Source: an uncultured Verrucomicrobiae bacterium
Lineage (GTDB): Bacteria > Verrucomicrobiota > Verrucomicrobiia > Chthoniobacterales > Terrimicrobiaceae
DNA length: 64,000 bases
Assembly: GCA_963706955.1 (NCBI GenBank)
Contig: CAVPOC010000006.1
Span: 1 to 64,000 of the forward strand
Direction: 5' to 3'
Position 1 is the first letter of the stretch; every line of letters begins with the position of its first letter. A program made the translations under genes and the position numbers. Below the pieces are notes generated by a model, which saw only the letters and a list, made by a program, of their open reading frames with translations, did no database searches and was not told the origin of the DNA. Below are positions 1-10,389 of this stretch, in pieces.

Positions 1-1179
1 GCGCAACGAAGGGTTATGCAGAATCTCGTGGGTCTGCTCAACGACTTCGTTGGTGACGAGCATCGACATCTCGATTGTCTTGAATCCGAGCGGATCGATG
101 TCTCGAGCATAGACGGCGTAGGTATTGACGACGACTGGCTTTCGAAAATAGACCGCTTCGAGGAAGGCATTTCCGAAGCCTTCGTAGTAGCTCGGATAGG
201 TGACAAGATCAGCGTGAGGGTAGATGTCAAATAGAGTGTAGACCTTCTGGCCTGCGGCGTTAAAACCTCTGGTCTCCCCAATCCGGTCCGCCACAAAGAG
301 CGCGTCAATGCCGGCATCCGCGATGCGGTCGTGCAACAGCCTGGCATAGGAATCGCCTTCGTCACCGCTTGGATGTGAAAGCACCAGCTTGATTTTCGGC
401 TCCTTCAAGCGGCGGAGGAGCTCGATGGCGTGCTCGATCCCCTTTCGCGGGACGATGCGGGTTGGCTGCAGCACGAGAATATCGTCATCGCGAAGTCCGA
501 TCTCCTGGCGAAAATCTCGCGAGTATTCATCCAGCTGGGGCGGCGGCGTTTCGAAATCGATAACGTTCGGGATAATCGTGGAAGCTTGTCCATATCGACG
601 CGCCAGGTCCTTTTGCTGCATGGAATTGATCACCACATGCACCAGCGACGGCAGCGTGGGAGGGAATGCGGCCGCCAGATAATCCGCACCGGCGGTAATC
701 GTGAATCGCTCGCGTTCCCACGTGAAGTCATGATGGTGCGCGATCGAAGCAAGTCCTGTTTCGGCCATCACTTCGGTCATTGCCAGCCCCAGGGGGACAT
801 GCATTGGAATCGCCAGGATATTTTGAGGGATGAGAAGCTCGAGATCGAAGCGTTCGATGAATTGGTAAATGGACGTTTTTAGTCCGGTCTTCAGTTCGTG
901 CACACGATCGGAGATATTGCGCGGCCGGGTTGTCTTCCCGAAGAGATAGCCTTGCACATCGAGAATGGCTGGATGATTGAAGAAGGCGAGCGGATCGAGG
1001 TAGCTCACCGACTCGGGCTTATCGAGCAGTCCGGCCATCCAGAAGCAATCGGCGCCCTCCGATTCCAGGATATGCGCCCATTTGGCCGCTTCCAAGGTCA
1101 CGCCGTCGGTACCGTGAAAACGCGTCGAGATAAATCCGATTCGCTTGGGAAAATGAGCAAGTGACGAACGTAACTTCAT
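1..1179 (-). CDS. GT4-family glycosyltransferase, mannosylglucosylglycerate synthase (MggS)-like; runs off the left edge
   Basis: Translated by hand because it has no stop in the window and is missing from the ORF track. ATG at 1179 gives MKLRSSLAHFPKRIGFISTRFHGTDGVTLEAAKW..., with internal IAHHHDFTWERER, and reads ...LVTNEVVEQTHEILHNPSLR at the edge. The DGVxLExxKW and HHHD motifs match MggS-like GT4 enzymes. Confidence 0.75.
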   Translation of the reverse strand, partial: MKLRSSLAHFPKRIGFISTRFHGTDGVTLEAAKWAHILESEGADCFWMAGLLDKPESVSYLDPLAFFNHPAILDVQGYLFGKTTRPRNISDRVHELKTGLKTSIYQFIERFDLELLIPQNILAIPMHVPLGLAMTEVMAETGLASIAHHHDFTWERERFTITAGADYLAAAFPPTLPSLVHVVINSMQQKDLARRYGQASTIIPNVIDFETPPPQLDEYSRDFRQEIGLRDDDILVLQPTRIVPRKGIEHAIELLRRLKEPKIKLVLSHPSGDEGDSYARLLHDRIADAGIDALFVADRIGETRGFNAAGQKVYTLFDIYPHADLVTYPSYYEGFGNAFLEAVYFRKPVVVNTYAVYARDIDPLGFKTIEMSMLVTNEVVEQTHEILHNPSLR

Positions 1180-1215
1180 GGACTTTTTCGATTGGTTTGT
1201 GAGTAAAATGTGTCG

Positions 1216-2922
1216 ATGAAGGAAACTGTAAAGCACCATCTGGCCTTCCTCTATGGAGAGGCGGCAGCACCTGAACTCGAGGAGGCGATCGAAATGCTGG
1301 CCAGAAAATCGCGCCAAAACCGTTCTTCGGCGGTGTCCGCCAAGGAAAACGAGCTGACCGAAGCAGACTGCATGTTGATCACCTACGGTGATCAGGTGCG
1401 GTCAATTGGCGAATCTCCATTGGCCACGTTGACGAATTTTCTCTCCAAGCGCGTCGCCAGGACGATAAGCGCCGTCCACATCTTGCCTTTCTACCCCAGT
1501 TCGTCGGACGACGGATTTTCCGTAATGGATTACTATTCGATCGATCCAGCTTTGGGGACGTGGGATGATATTGAGTCGCTCGGCCGCAACTTCGACATGA
1601 TGTTTGACGCCGTCTTTAATCACGCCTCTGCCCAAGGCGTATGGTTTCAGAAATTCCTGAGGCAGGAGGCAGGCTGGGAGTCGGCCTTCTTTACGGTTTC
1701 CGGCGAGCCCGACCTTTCCAAGGTGGTGCGTCCGCGAACTCTCCCGCTGCTGACGGAATTTGAAACGGCTGCCGGCAGGAAACGAGTCTGGACGACATTT
1801 AGTGCCGACCAGGCAGACATTGATTTTTCGGATCCGCGCATGCTGCTTCGGATTCTCGAGGTGCTGCTCTTTTATGTCAGCAAGGGTGCCCGCTACATCA
1901 GACTGGATGCGATCGCATTTCTTTGGAAGATCCCAGGGACCTCGTGTATCCACTTGGAACAGACGCATCGCGCGATTCAACTGATGCGAGCCGTGCTCGA
2001 TGAAGCCGCTCCGGAAGTCCAGCTGATCACGGAGACGAATGTCCCGCACTCCGATAATGTCTCCTACTTCGGCGACGGATCAAATGAGGCCCAGTTGGTC
2101 TACAATTTCGCCCTGCCCCCATTGGTCTTTCACACCATGCGGACTGGGGATGCCACGCGGCTTCGCCGATGGGCGCAAGCCCTCGTGCTTCCTTCAGAGC
2201 GTGTCACCTTCTTCAATTTCCTCGCTTCGCATGACGGGATCGGATTGAACCCCGCGCGAGGGATCCTCGATCCAGGAGAGATCGATGCTTTGGTGCAGAC
2301 GGCCGTTGATCACAACGGCTTTGTCTCCTACAAAAACAATCCCGATGGGACGAAGAGCCCGTACGAGCTTAATATTAGCTTTTTCGACGCACTTTCGAGT
2401 CCGACTGCCGGGGAATCTCTGCACACGCAGGCCGCTCGTTTTCTCGCCGCGCACTCAATCGTCTTGGCGCTACGGGGACTTCCAGGGATATACTTCCATT
2501 CGCTCTTCGGATCTCGAGGGGATCGCAAAGGAGCCGAGGAGAGTGGAATTCCACGCCGGATCAATCGAAAGAAGCTGGAAGTCGGTGCGCTCGACGCTGA
2601 GCTCGATCAGCCTGACAGTCTGCGCGCTCAGGTATTCGCGGGCATGCAAGACATGCTGAAGGCTCGCGCCTCGCATCCCGCCTTTAATCCTTTTGCCGAG
2701 CAGGAGATCCCCGATGCCCCGCCTGACCTCTTCTTGATCACGAGAAAGGCAGCCAACGGAACGCGGGTGATTTGTGCAACGAATGTGACACCCAGCGCCA
2801 TTTCCTTTCCGTTGCCGGCGGATAGTTCAGGCTGGAAGCCGCTTACTGGATCCGCTGAATCTTCAGCCGACAAGCAGGTGTTTCTGCCTCCCTACGGTGT
2901 GGCCTGGTTTCAGAATTCCTGA
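1216..2922 (+). CDS. GH13_18 sugar phosphorylase, probably glucosylglycerate phosphorylase
   Basis: Motifs LITYGDQ, HILPFYPSSSDDGF, WTTFSADQ, RLDAIAFLWK, ETNVPH, FLASHDGIG and PYELNI; lies in a cluster with a GpgS-like gene. Confidence 0.8.
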   Translation: MKETVKHHLAFLYGEAAAPELEEAIEMLARKSRQNRSSAVSAKENELTEADCMLITYGDQVRSIGESPLATLTNFLSKRVARTISAVHILPFYPSSSDDGFSVMDYYSIDPALGTWDDIESLGRNFDMMFDAVFNHASAQGVWFQKFLRQEAGWESAFFTVSGEPDLSKVVRPRTLPLLTEFETAAGRKRVWTTFSADQADIDFSDPRMLLRILEVLLFYVSKGARYIRLDAIAFLWKIPGTSCIHLEQTHRAIQLMRAVLDEAAPEVQLITETNVPHSDNVSYFGDGSNEAQLVYNFALPPLVFHTMRTGDATRLRRWAQALVLPSERVTFFNFLASHDGIGLNPARGILDPGEIDALVQTAVDHNGFVSYKNNPDGTKSPYELNISFFDALSSPTAGESLHTQAARFLAAHSIVLALRGLPGIYFHSLFGSRGDRKGAEESGIPRRINRKKLEVGALDAELDQPDSLRAQVFAGMQDMLKARASHPAFNPFAEQEIPDAPPDLFLITRKAANGTRVICATNVTPSAISFPLPADSSGWKPLTGSAESSADKQVFLPPYGVAWFQNS

Positions 2923-2945
2923 GCAAATCGACTTTTTAGAGGAGC

Positions 2946-3683
2946 TCATTTGGTCGACGCCTTTGCCTCGAAGAGGAAGCGGGCCAGAGCTTCCCAATTT
3001 CCACGGTTGGCGTTTTCTGAGTCCTGTGAGAATTGCCATATTCGCCAACCTACGGTCTCAGCCGGCAAGAGGTCGTTGTCTTCCCGGTCACCGACCATGA
3101 GCGTTTCCGCGCTCGCGATTCGGCGATTTAGCAAGCGAGCACGAAGAGTCTGAAAAACATAGGGGTCCGGTTTGCTGAAACCATGCTGGAACGACCAAAA
3201 TGTCAGATCTGCTTGGAAGATCGCCAGATCGAGACGCGCCTTTTTCAAGGCGACCTGCAGCTCGCGGAGCGTATAGGCCTGGGCATTTGAAGCGATACCC
3301 AGCAGAATCCCACTTTCTACGCACCGACGAAGAAGCGAGCCGCATGAAGGCGTTAGCGTGAGAGTTCGGGAAAGCTGCGCGTGCTGAAAGATAAAGTTCG
3401 CCAGCTTGGCTTCAGACAAAGAATCGAGGATAGGCAATGCCCGCTTCATCACCGTCGGCCAATTGACCTCCGGATGATCGATTCCGCGCCGGCGAGCTTC
3501 ACTGTGATCTTCGTCGACGATGCCTGCGCATCGATTGGCGAGCTCGTCGAGGCCGACGTCGAGGGGGCTTCCGAACGTCTGGATAAGGAGATTGCCCCAG
3601 CGCTTCTCGGCATCCAAGGGTGCCTCGGCCACGTCCAGAATGGTCTTATAGACGTCGAAGATGATAGCGCGAACAGGGTTCAT
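2946..3683 (-). CDS. HAD-superfamily hydrolase (candidate sugar-phosphoglycerate phosphatase)
   Basis: Motif I IIFDVYKT, SNAQ, KPDP and VGDREDND. ATG at 3683 overlaps the stop of the upstream glycosyltransferase (ATGA). Confidence 0.8.
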   Translation of the reverse strand: MNPVRAIIFDVYKTILDVAEAPLDAEKRWGNLLIQTFGSPLDVGLDELANRCAGIVDEDHSEARRRGIDHPEVNWPTVMKRALPILDSLSEAKLANFIFQHAQLSRTLTLTPSCGSLLRRCVESGILLGIASNAQAYTLRELQVALKKARLDLAIFQADLTFWSFQHGFSKPDPYVFQTLRARLLNRRIASAETLMVGDREDNDLLPAETVGWRIWQFSQDSENANRGNWEALARFLFEAKASTK

Positions 3684-5265
3684 TCCTCGCCGAAAAGGAT
3701 GGGGTAGAGGAAATTCGTTTTCAGCCGCTGCGCGATTGAATCGTGTTGTGCCCGTTCTACGGCGCGCGCTCTTACCGGCCGCTGCGGGATGCTGGCGACG
3801 GCATCCCAAAAGCGGGAGGCGTAGGCGCGGCCGCCCACCTGTTTTTCCGCATCTCTGGGCCATCGCATCGCCTCCAGTCGTTTCGTCTCGCCGCGAGCGC
3901 GCCAGTCGCGCAGGAATGGGTTTGCCAGCACGCATGCTTCCCACGATTGCTCGGGCGCGATCGCCAGCACCTCGAGCTGACCCGTAAGGGTTAGACGGCT
4001 GAACGGGATTGGTTCGCCGGGCGCAAGATTCAGGAGGACAGGGCGCTTGGCAAGGCGGCGGCACAGCGACGGCATCGCCGCCTTCCATTCACGCCACAGC
4101 CTTTGCTGGCGGCTGCGCTCCCTCTTCAGATCCAGAAGATCCGGAGCAATCAAGATTTCCTCGTAGAGGTGCGGAAATGAGAACCCCAACTCTAATAGAT
4201 CGGGAACAACGTTCGGGAGGTGACGAGCGATGAGCGGCTTTTCGAAAGCAGCCGCCTCCAAGTAAGGAAGGCCGAATCCTTCCTGGGCGGATGTTAGCAA
4301 CATGACTTCTGAGGCCATGACGACATCTTCAATCGGTGGCCCGGAGTTCTTCGAATCAAGGACGCGGAACCGAGTTTTCCATTTTTCGCGCAGCGCCATG
4401 CTCTCGAGTCGCTGCGCATAGTTTTGCTCCTCGCGTGAACTGACCCCGGCGGTGGTAACGAACCATCCCTCCGGACGAAGCCATCGCGCCAACAAGACTG
4501 CCTCCGCCAGGTTTTTCCTCCGCAGAAATCGCGTCGGAAAAATCCAAATCGGGCAATCATTCCCCAGGTGAGATTTCAACCAACCGCGCGCGGCGCGAAT
4601 CCGCGTGCGAGATGGTCGTCCGCCGCGTTCGGAAAGATTCGGCAGGTATCTCGCCTGTCCACCGAGATGTTTGCTCAAGACGGCATGGTCGAGCTTGTTG
4701 ATGGTAACATGGCAGACACGCGCCTTCGCCGCAAAGGAGGCCCTTGCGACCGCAGCGAGCGAACGAAATCCGCACGCGCGCATTTCGCTCCAACGCGCCC
4801 ACCGATTTTCGAACCATAGGTCGTGATGATGCGAGAGAAGCGCCAGACCGTCCGCGCCGAAAACTTGGCGAGTTCATCGGAAAGAATCAAATTGCGCCCG
4901 AGTCCCAGATTTTGCGCCCAAAAGAGTGTCTCAGCGGGTGAAAAGGTTCGCGCCAACTTGTCGAGAGCCGAACGCACTTTTCCGCGAATCACCTCGTGGG
5001 ATGATCGCTGCTCCGACAAATAGCGAAAAGCGGGTTCCCAAAAGAAGTGCACCGGCGTCCCAGGCAGGCTTCGCGTCAGGATTTCGCGCCAATTGGGCTC
5101 CGGCTTCTCGCCCGTGGCCAGAACAATCGCGGCGAGGGGATTGGGAGTGGCCAACGCGATATGCCGCAGGGCGAGTTCGATGATTCGCCGGACGCCACCG
5201 GGACGCAGATGATAGTGGACAACGACAAGGTTACGATAAATCGGAGCGGGCGTCGGCAAGCCCAT
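3680..5265 (-). pseudogene. GT4-family glycosyltransferase (MggA-like) interrupted by a 1-nt frameshift near 4848; pseudogene or sequencing error
   Basis: The N-terminal half (VVHYHLRPGGVRRII...NLGLGRN) and C-terminal half (GLALLSHHHDLWFENRW...PTRFLRRKN...EGFGLPYLEA) are in different frames. They join if one G is added at ACG-G(G)T. Confidence 0.7.
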
Positions 5266-5323
5266 GAGACTAGCAGATTTCTTGGGTTGCTCAATTGGAT
5301 CGGTCAACGGAGTATTGGCCTTC

Positions 5324-6532
5324 ATGGCGGATTTCTATCAGGACGGATCGATGGCCACCTTGCATCGGCTGGGCAAACCCAACCTGGAACATCTCGAGCA
5401 GGAGCTTCTTGAATTTTCGGCCCAAGCGCCCATAGCCCTGACGCTTCCCTGTCACGTCAAAGAGTTGGGCACTTCAGCGCTGCGCGGAATTATAAAGGAA
5501 TTGAAGTCGATCCAATACATCAAACAGATCGTCGTCGGCATCGATGGGGCCAACGCTGCCAATTGGCAGCGCGCGAGGAAAATGTTCAGCCAGCTTCCCC
5601 AAAAACCTGTCCTGATTTGGAATGATGGCCCGCGTGTGCGTCGTCTGATGGAGCAATTGATCGAGTCCGATCTCGATCCCGGTCCCACGGGCAAGGGTCG
5701 CAATCTTTGGTTGTGCTTTGGTTACGTGCTGGCGAGCGGCAAATCGCACATGGTGGCTGTGCACGACTGTGACATTCTCACTTACAACCGCGACTTGCTC
5801 GCCAGGCTTTGCTATCCGGTGGCGCATCCCAACCTTGGCTTCGATTTCTGCAAAGGTTACAGTGCGCGCTTTACTGACAAACTGAACGGCCGTGTCATGC
5901 GCCTCCTGGTGACCCCGCTGATTCGCTCCCTGCAAAGCATCATCGGCGTAAACGACTTCCTCGTCTATCTGGACACCTTCCGGTATCCGCTGAGCGGCGA
6001 AATGAGCCTCGATCATGATATCATTCGACGAGCACGGATTCCCTCCGACTGGGGTATCGAAGTCGGAATTCTGGCAGAGGTTTTCCGAGTTTCTTCCCCG
6101 AAAAGCATTTGCCAGGTGGATATCTCCGAGCGCTATGATCACAAGCATCAGGAACTCTCCTCCCGTGACGTCAGCAAAGGCCTCAACAAGATGGCGGTCG
6201 ATATCGTGAAAAGTCTCTTCCTGACCTTGGCGGGAATCGGCGTCAAGTTGGACCGGGGAATCTTCGACACCCTCCTGAGCGCCTATGTTCGCAAAGCAGA
6301 AGATACCATGCGTTTCTACGCTGCCGACGCTGAGATTAACGGACTAAAGTATGACCGGCATGAGGAGGAGTTGGCCGTCGCGACATTTGTTCGCAGCATC
6401 CGCACCGCGGGGCGTGATTATCTCAGTGATCCTTTGGGAAATCCGATGATTCCGAACTGGAACCGGGTCGAGTCGGCGTTGCCCGATTTCCTCCAGGCGT
6501 TCAACCACGCTGTCCAACTGGATAATAGATGA
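5324..6532 (+). CDS. gpgS: Glucosyl-3-phosphoglycerate synthase-like glycosyltransferase
   Basis: Starts MADFYQDGSMATLHRL; motifs GKGRNLW, HDCDI, FCKGYSAR, GRVMRL, FRYPLSGE, DWGIEVG and YDHKHQ are typical of the long GpgS type. Confidence 0.75.
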   Translation: MADFYQDGSMATLHRLGKPNLEHLEQELLEFSAQAPIALTLPCHVKELGTSALRGIIKELKSIQYIKQIVVGIDGANAANWQRARKMFSQLPQKPVLIWNDGPRVRRLMEQLIESDLDPGPTGKGRNLWLCFGYVLASGKSHMVAVHDCDILTYNRDLLARLCYPVAHPNLGFDFCKGYSARFTDKLNGRVMRLLVTPLIRSLQSIIGVNDFLVYLDTFRYPLSGEMSLDHDIIRRARIPSDWGIEVGILAEVFRVSSPKSICQVDISERYDHKHQELSSRDVSKGLNKMAVDIVKSLFLTLAGIGVKLDRGIFDTLLSAYVRKAEDTMRFYAADAEINGLKYDRHEEELAVATFVRSIRTAGRDYLSDPLGNPMIPNWNRVESALPDFLQAFNHAVQLDNR

Positions 6533-6533
6533 C

Positions 6534-7220
6534 TCAGAGGGAGTAGGTCAGAAAACACTCGTCGCCTTGGACGCGCATCTCTTTGAGGCGCCCCCGGATT
6601 GTTGCACGCAGGAATTCGTCGGAAACTCCGATGAGGGTCGGCGCTTTTAACCCGCCGAAGATGAGCGGAGTCCAGGTGAGATGCAGCTCATCGACTGCGC
6701 CGATCTCGAGAAGGTTGCGAAACAGTCTCGGTCCGCCCTCGCAAACAAGTGTTCTAACTTGGTAGTCGCTGCGCAAGATCTGGAGTGTTGCCGCGAGATC
6801 GACCTCGGGAGTATCGAAGACCCAAAGATCGGCACGTTGGGCGATTGACGCGCGCGCAGCCTCCGACATCCGTGCGCCGGAGAAAACCAGAATCGCGGCT
6901 CCGGCCGTCTGAAAGACCTTCCAAGAAATGTCGATCCTGCCGCTGTTGGTGACGATTACTCGAAGAGGTTCAGGCGGTTTGCCGAGCGAGGAACGCCGCT
7001 TCCGCAAATCTTCGGCTGTGATCCGCATGCTCATTCGATCTGTTTTGACCGTCCTGGCGCCCGCCAGCACAGCATCGCCCAGAGACCGGATCTCCAGAAG
7101 CCTTCGCTTGTCGGTCTTGCTGGTAAAACCCGTCGGTGTGAGATTGCGAGTCGAAACCTTTCCATCCGCCGTGAGAGCGAAGTTCGCGATTACGCGTGGC
7201 CGCTTGGTTGCCTTGATCAC
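6534..7220 (-). CDS. RibD C-terminal-domain (DHFR-fold) reductase
   Basis: ANFALTADGK, DAVLAGARTV and LVCEGGPRLF motifs. Confidence 0.8.
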   Translation of the reverse strand: MIKATKRPRVIANFALTADGKVSTRNLTPTGFTSKTDKRRLLEIRSLGDAVLAGARTVKTDRMSMRITAEDLRKRRSSLGKPPEPLRVIVTNSGRIDISWKVFQTAGAAILVFSGARMSEAARASIAQRADLWVFDTPEVDLAATLQILRSDYQVRTLVCEGGPRLFRNLLEIGAVDELHLTWTPLIFGGLKAPTLIGVSDEFLRATIRGRLKEMRVQGDECFLTYSL

Positions 7221-8245
7221 ACTTTGTCTTCGAGGGATCCTTCAATGGCCTGAACTTCGTCCTGGACCTCGTCAAGACGCAGCCCGCCAGTGGGACGATA
7301 AACCAGATACACGCAACCACCGACAAGGCCCCAAAAAACGACCATGAGAAAGCCGGTGATCGAAATCATCACGGCGAGGCTTTCGGGGGTTCCGTAAAGA
7401 ATCGAGAGCACTTTCTGGAACAATCCCTCGCGAACCCCGACTCCGGACAGGCTGATTGGAAGGGACGCGATGGTCAGGATCACCGGGAGCACGGCAAGGA
7501 TCTCGATCATGCCACTCAGGCCGGCGAATTGGCCAAAGGCCCGCGCGCTGAAGTAGAAGGAGAGGAAGATGCAGAAATGGGCCACGATGGAAAGGCCGAA
7601 GGTGATGGCGAGGGTTCGAGGATCACGCGCATAGGTGGAGAAAGCGGCGGACAGTTCGAGGATGGTTACCCGCATGGGCATCCGGTCTGGTAGTTTGTGC
7701 GCGAGATGGAAATGTTCTACGAAAACGCCGGCGGCGATGAGCGCCAGCGAGGCGAGCATGATGAAGACGAGGCCCGTCAACAGCGCGCGAGTTAGCGGAT
7801 GGGACCAAAGGAGGTCGAGTCGAAGAGAACAAAGAACAACCGTTATCGCTACCAGGCCAATCATGCCGACCATCCGATCGACGATCACACTGAGCAGCGC
7901 GGCACTCTTTTTGGAAGCGGTCTCCCGCATCGCATAGTAGATCTTAACGATATCTCCGCCCGTGGCGCCGAGAAGGAAGAGGTTGAAGAAGGCGCCGATT
8001 AGGTAGACGCGAAAGGTTCTCCACCACCCGAGGTTAATCTTCTGCACACTGAGCAAGCGACGCCAGCGTTCTGTCTGCAGCAGGAAAGCACAGCCCAGGC
8101 TCACCACCCCTGGAATCAGCCAAAGGTAGTCCGCAGTTTGCAGCGCTTCGATCATCTGTGTTCGCTTGGCCGGATCGCGAAAGATCCACCAGAGCAGGAA
8201 GGCGGTGATCCCAACCTGTAAAGCGGTGAAGAAGATGCGCTTCAT
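7217..8245 (-). CDS. Lysylphosphatidylglycerol synthase TM-domain (UPF0104) membrane protein
   Basis: Multi-TM protein with RW..LL, GAFFNLFLLGATGGD, DRMVG and LPISLSGVGVRE; ATGA coupling with the upstream gene. Confidence 0.8.
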   Translation of the reverse strand: MKRIFFTALQVGITAFLLWWIFRDPAKRTQMIEALQTADYLWLIPGVVSLGCAFLLQTERWRRLLSVQKINLGWWRTFRVYLIGAFFNLFLLGATGGDIVKIYYAMRETASKKSAALLSVIVDRMVGMIGLVAITVVLCSLRLDLLWSHPLTRALLTGLVFIMLASLALIAAGVFVEHFHLAHKLPDRMPMRVTILELSAAFSTYARDPRTLAITFGLSIVAHFCIFLSFYFSARAFGQFAGLSGMIEILAVLPVILTIASLPISLSGVGVREGLFQKVLSILYGTPESLAVMISITGFLMVVFWGLVGGCVYLVYRPTGGLRLDEVQDEVQAIEGSLEDKV

Positions 8246-9153
8246 GACCCAAATAGCTTTTTCCATCGCTCGGCAGCGACGAGAATTTGCTCGCGCGGAG
8301 TTCGCGGACGAAGCTCAAAAACGAACAGGCAATCTTTTGGAAGTTTGGGCACGAGCTGGGCGTAGTTGATCTCACCCGTGAAGGGCGGGCAATGATCTTT
8401 AAAGGGCCATTTGACATCGTGCACATGGCAGCCAAGGGCCCACTGTCCGATATGGTCGAGCCAATCAGCGTGGTCGAGTAACGCCATATTCTGCTTGATC
8501 TGCGCATGCCCAAAATCATGCCAGTAACCGACGCTGGGGGAGTCGAGAACCCGCAGGAAATCTTCAAACTCCCGCTCCGAAGGAACCGCTTCATAATGTT
8601 CCCGATTCTCCACCCCGATTCGGACCCCCTTTTTCGAGGCGTACTCGAGAATTTCCACGAGACATTGCAGCGCCCGACGCGCATACACTGGCCCGACGCT
8701 CTCACGCCTTTTCACGGCATCGAGTTTTTGGCGGGCAAACTTCTTGCTGAGAAAGTCGCCACCTTCAACCAAGCGGCGAAGTCGCGGGGTCAGGTTGAGC
8801 GCACGAATTCGGCCGGTATGCACAACGACAAATGGCGCTTCGAGACGTTCTGCCATGTCGATGGTTTGCAAAGTCAGGCGGATGGCCCTTTCTCGATCGC
8901 TTTCCCTCGGAGAGGTGAACTCGTAGCAGTCAGGTTGATCGACCAGCACCTCGGGAGGAAGCGGGCAGAAGTTGTGCAGGCTGGAGACCACAAAGGGCAT
9001 CTTTTTGCGCAATTCGAGGATTTCGTGAACGACGGGCGCGCTCAGGCCGTGACCGAGTTCGACGGCATCGAAACCAAGCTCTAAGATCTCCTGAACGATT
9101 GCTTTAGCTGGTTTGTTGCGCTCCGAATTCCAACTCGTCGAGAATGATAACAT
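8242..9153 (-). CDS. Sugar phosphate isomerase/epimerase family (xylose isomerase-like TIM barrel)
   Basis: GFDAVEL, SLHNFCP, VVHTG, IGVENR, WHDFGHA and HVHD motifs. Confidence 0.8.
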   Translation of the reverse strand: MLSFSTSWNSERNKPAKAIVQEILELGFDAVELGHGLSAPVVHEILELRKKMPFVVSSLHNFCPLPPEVLVDQPDCYEFTSPRESDRERAIRLTLQTIDMAERLEAPFVVVHTGRIRALNLTPRLRRLVEGGDFLSKKFARQKLDAVKRRESVGPVYARRALQCLVEILEYASKKGVRIGVENREHYEAVPSEREFEDFLRVLDSPSVGYWHDFGHAQIKQNMALLDHADWLDHIGQWALGCHVHDVKWPFKDHCPPFTGEINYAQLVPKLPKDCLFVFELRPRTPREQILVAAERWKKLFGS

Positions 9154-9348
9154 GCTAAGATTTCCCGCCGATCAGGTCATGATTCGCGACGATCGGCAGC
9201 AGGTCTGGTCTTGTTTGGACGCGCTCATCATCGCGGACTGAGCGTAGCAGGAAAGCTGTTCGCGCGGCCAGCAAGACATTCGATGGGACGATTTGCTGCT
9301 GCGAAAACCTTGGCAAAGAAACATCAGAGGTGTCATCCTATAGTCGGT

Positions 9349-10389
9349 ATGCAGTATCGCAATTTTGCCGGAACAAACCTGCGCGTTAGCGAGGTGGGAT
9401 TCGGCTTATGGACAGTTTCCACTGGTTGGTGGGGTAATTATACCGATGACGAAGCAATTGCCTTAATGCATGAGGCTTTCGATCTTGGGGTGACGCTCTT
9501 TGATGCCGCCGATACTTATGGAAACGGGCGGAGCGAGGAGCTCATCGCCAAAGCTTTTCGGGGCCGGCGCGACCGGATCGTCATTGCGACGAAAGTCGGC
9601 TACGATTTCAAGAACTACGGGGATGAACGTCGCGGCCAGCGTGAGATTCCACAAGATTTTCGCCCGGATGCGATCCGTGCCGCCACGGAAGCCGCGCTCA
9701 GACGTCTCTCGACCGACTGCATCGATCTTCTTCAGTTACATAACATTCGGTTGGAGCAGGTCGACCAAGACGACCTTTGGCGGACACTTGAAGACCTTCA
9801 CAACGAGGGGAAGGTGAACCGATACGGCGTCGCTCTCGGCCCGGCCATCGGCTGGCTCGGCGAAGCGGTCAGAACGATTCGCAAGCGTAATCCCGCCGTG
9901 GTCCAGCACATTTACAACCTGCTTGAGCAGTATCCCGGCCGAAGGATACACGATGTCGCTCGCGAGTGTGGCGCCCGGACGATGTTCTTGATCAGAGTGC
10001 CGCACTCCTCAGGAATGCTTGAGGGGAAATACACCGCCGAAACGGTGTTCCCTCCTGGTGATCATCGGAGCCATCGTCCGCGCTCATGGCTTCTCAATGG
10101 CGTTAAGAAAGTCGAACAATTGAGATTTTTGGAAACCGGGGAGAGGCGAACGCTCGGGCAAGCGGCCATTCTCTGGCTCCTCGCGGATGGTCGAGTCGCC
10201 TCCGTGCTGCCGAATATCTACAATTCTGCGCAGCTTCGCGAATTCGCCGACGCGCCGGATAAGCCTGCCTTGACAACCGATGAGATGGACCACGTGGCCT
10301 CCTTGGTGTCGGGCAATTTCGGACTGTCGCCCGAGGAACCAAAATTCAAAGGCACAATGGAATTGGGCGAGGAGCTTGTGACAACGTGA
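9349..10389 (+). CDS. Aldo/keto reductase
   Basis: [38 protein letters not shown] and DLLQLHN. Confidence 0.9.
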   Translation: MQYRNFAGTNLRVSEVGFGLWTVSTGWWGNYTDDEAIALMHEAFDLGVTLFDAADTYGNGRSEELIAKAFRGRRDRIVIATKVGYDFKNYGDERRGQREIPQDFRPDAIRAATEAALRRLSTDCIDLLQLHNIRLEQVDQDDLWRTLEDLHNEGKVNRYGVALGPAIGWLGEAVRTIRKRNPAVVQHIYNLLEQYPGRRIHDVARECGARTMFLIRVPHSSGMLEGKYTAETVFPPGDHRSHRPRSWLLNGVKKVEQLRFLETGERRTLGQAAILWLLADGRVASVLPNIYNSAQLREFADAPDKPALTTDEMDHVASLVSGNFGLSPEEPKFKGTMELGEELVTT

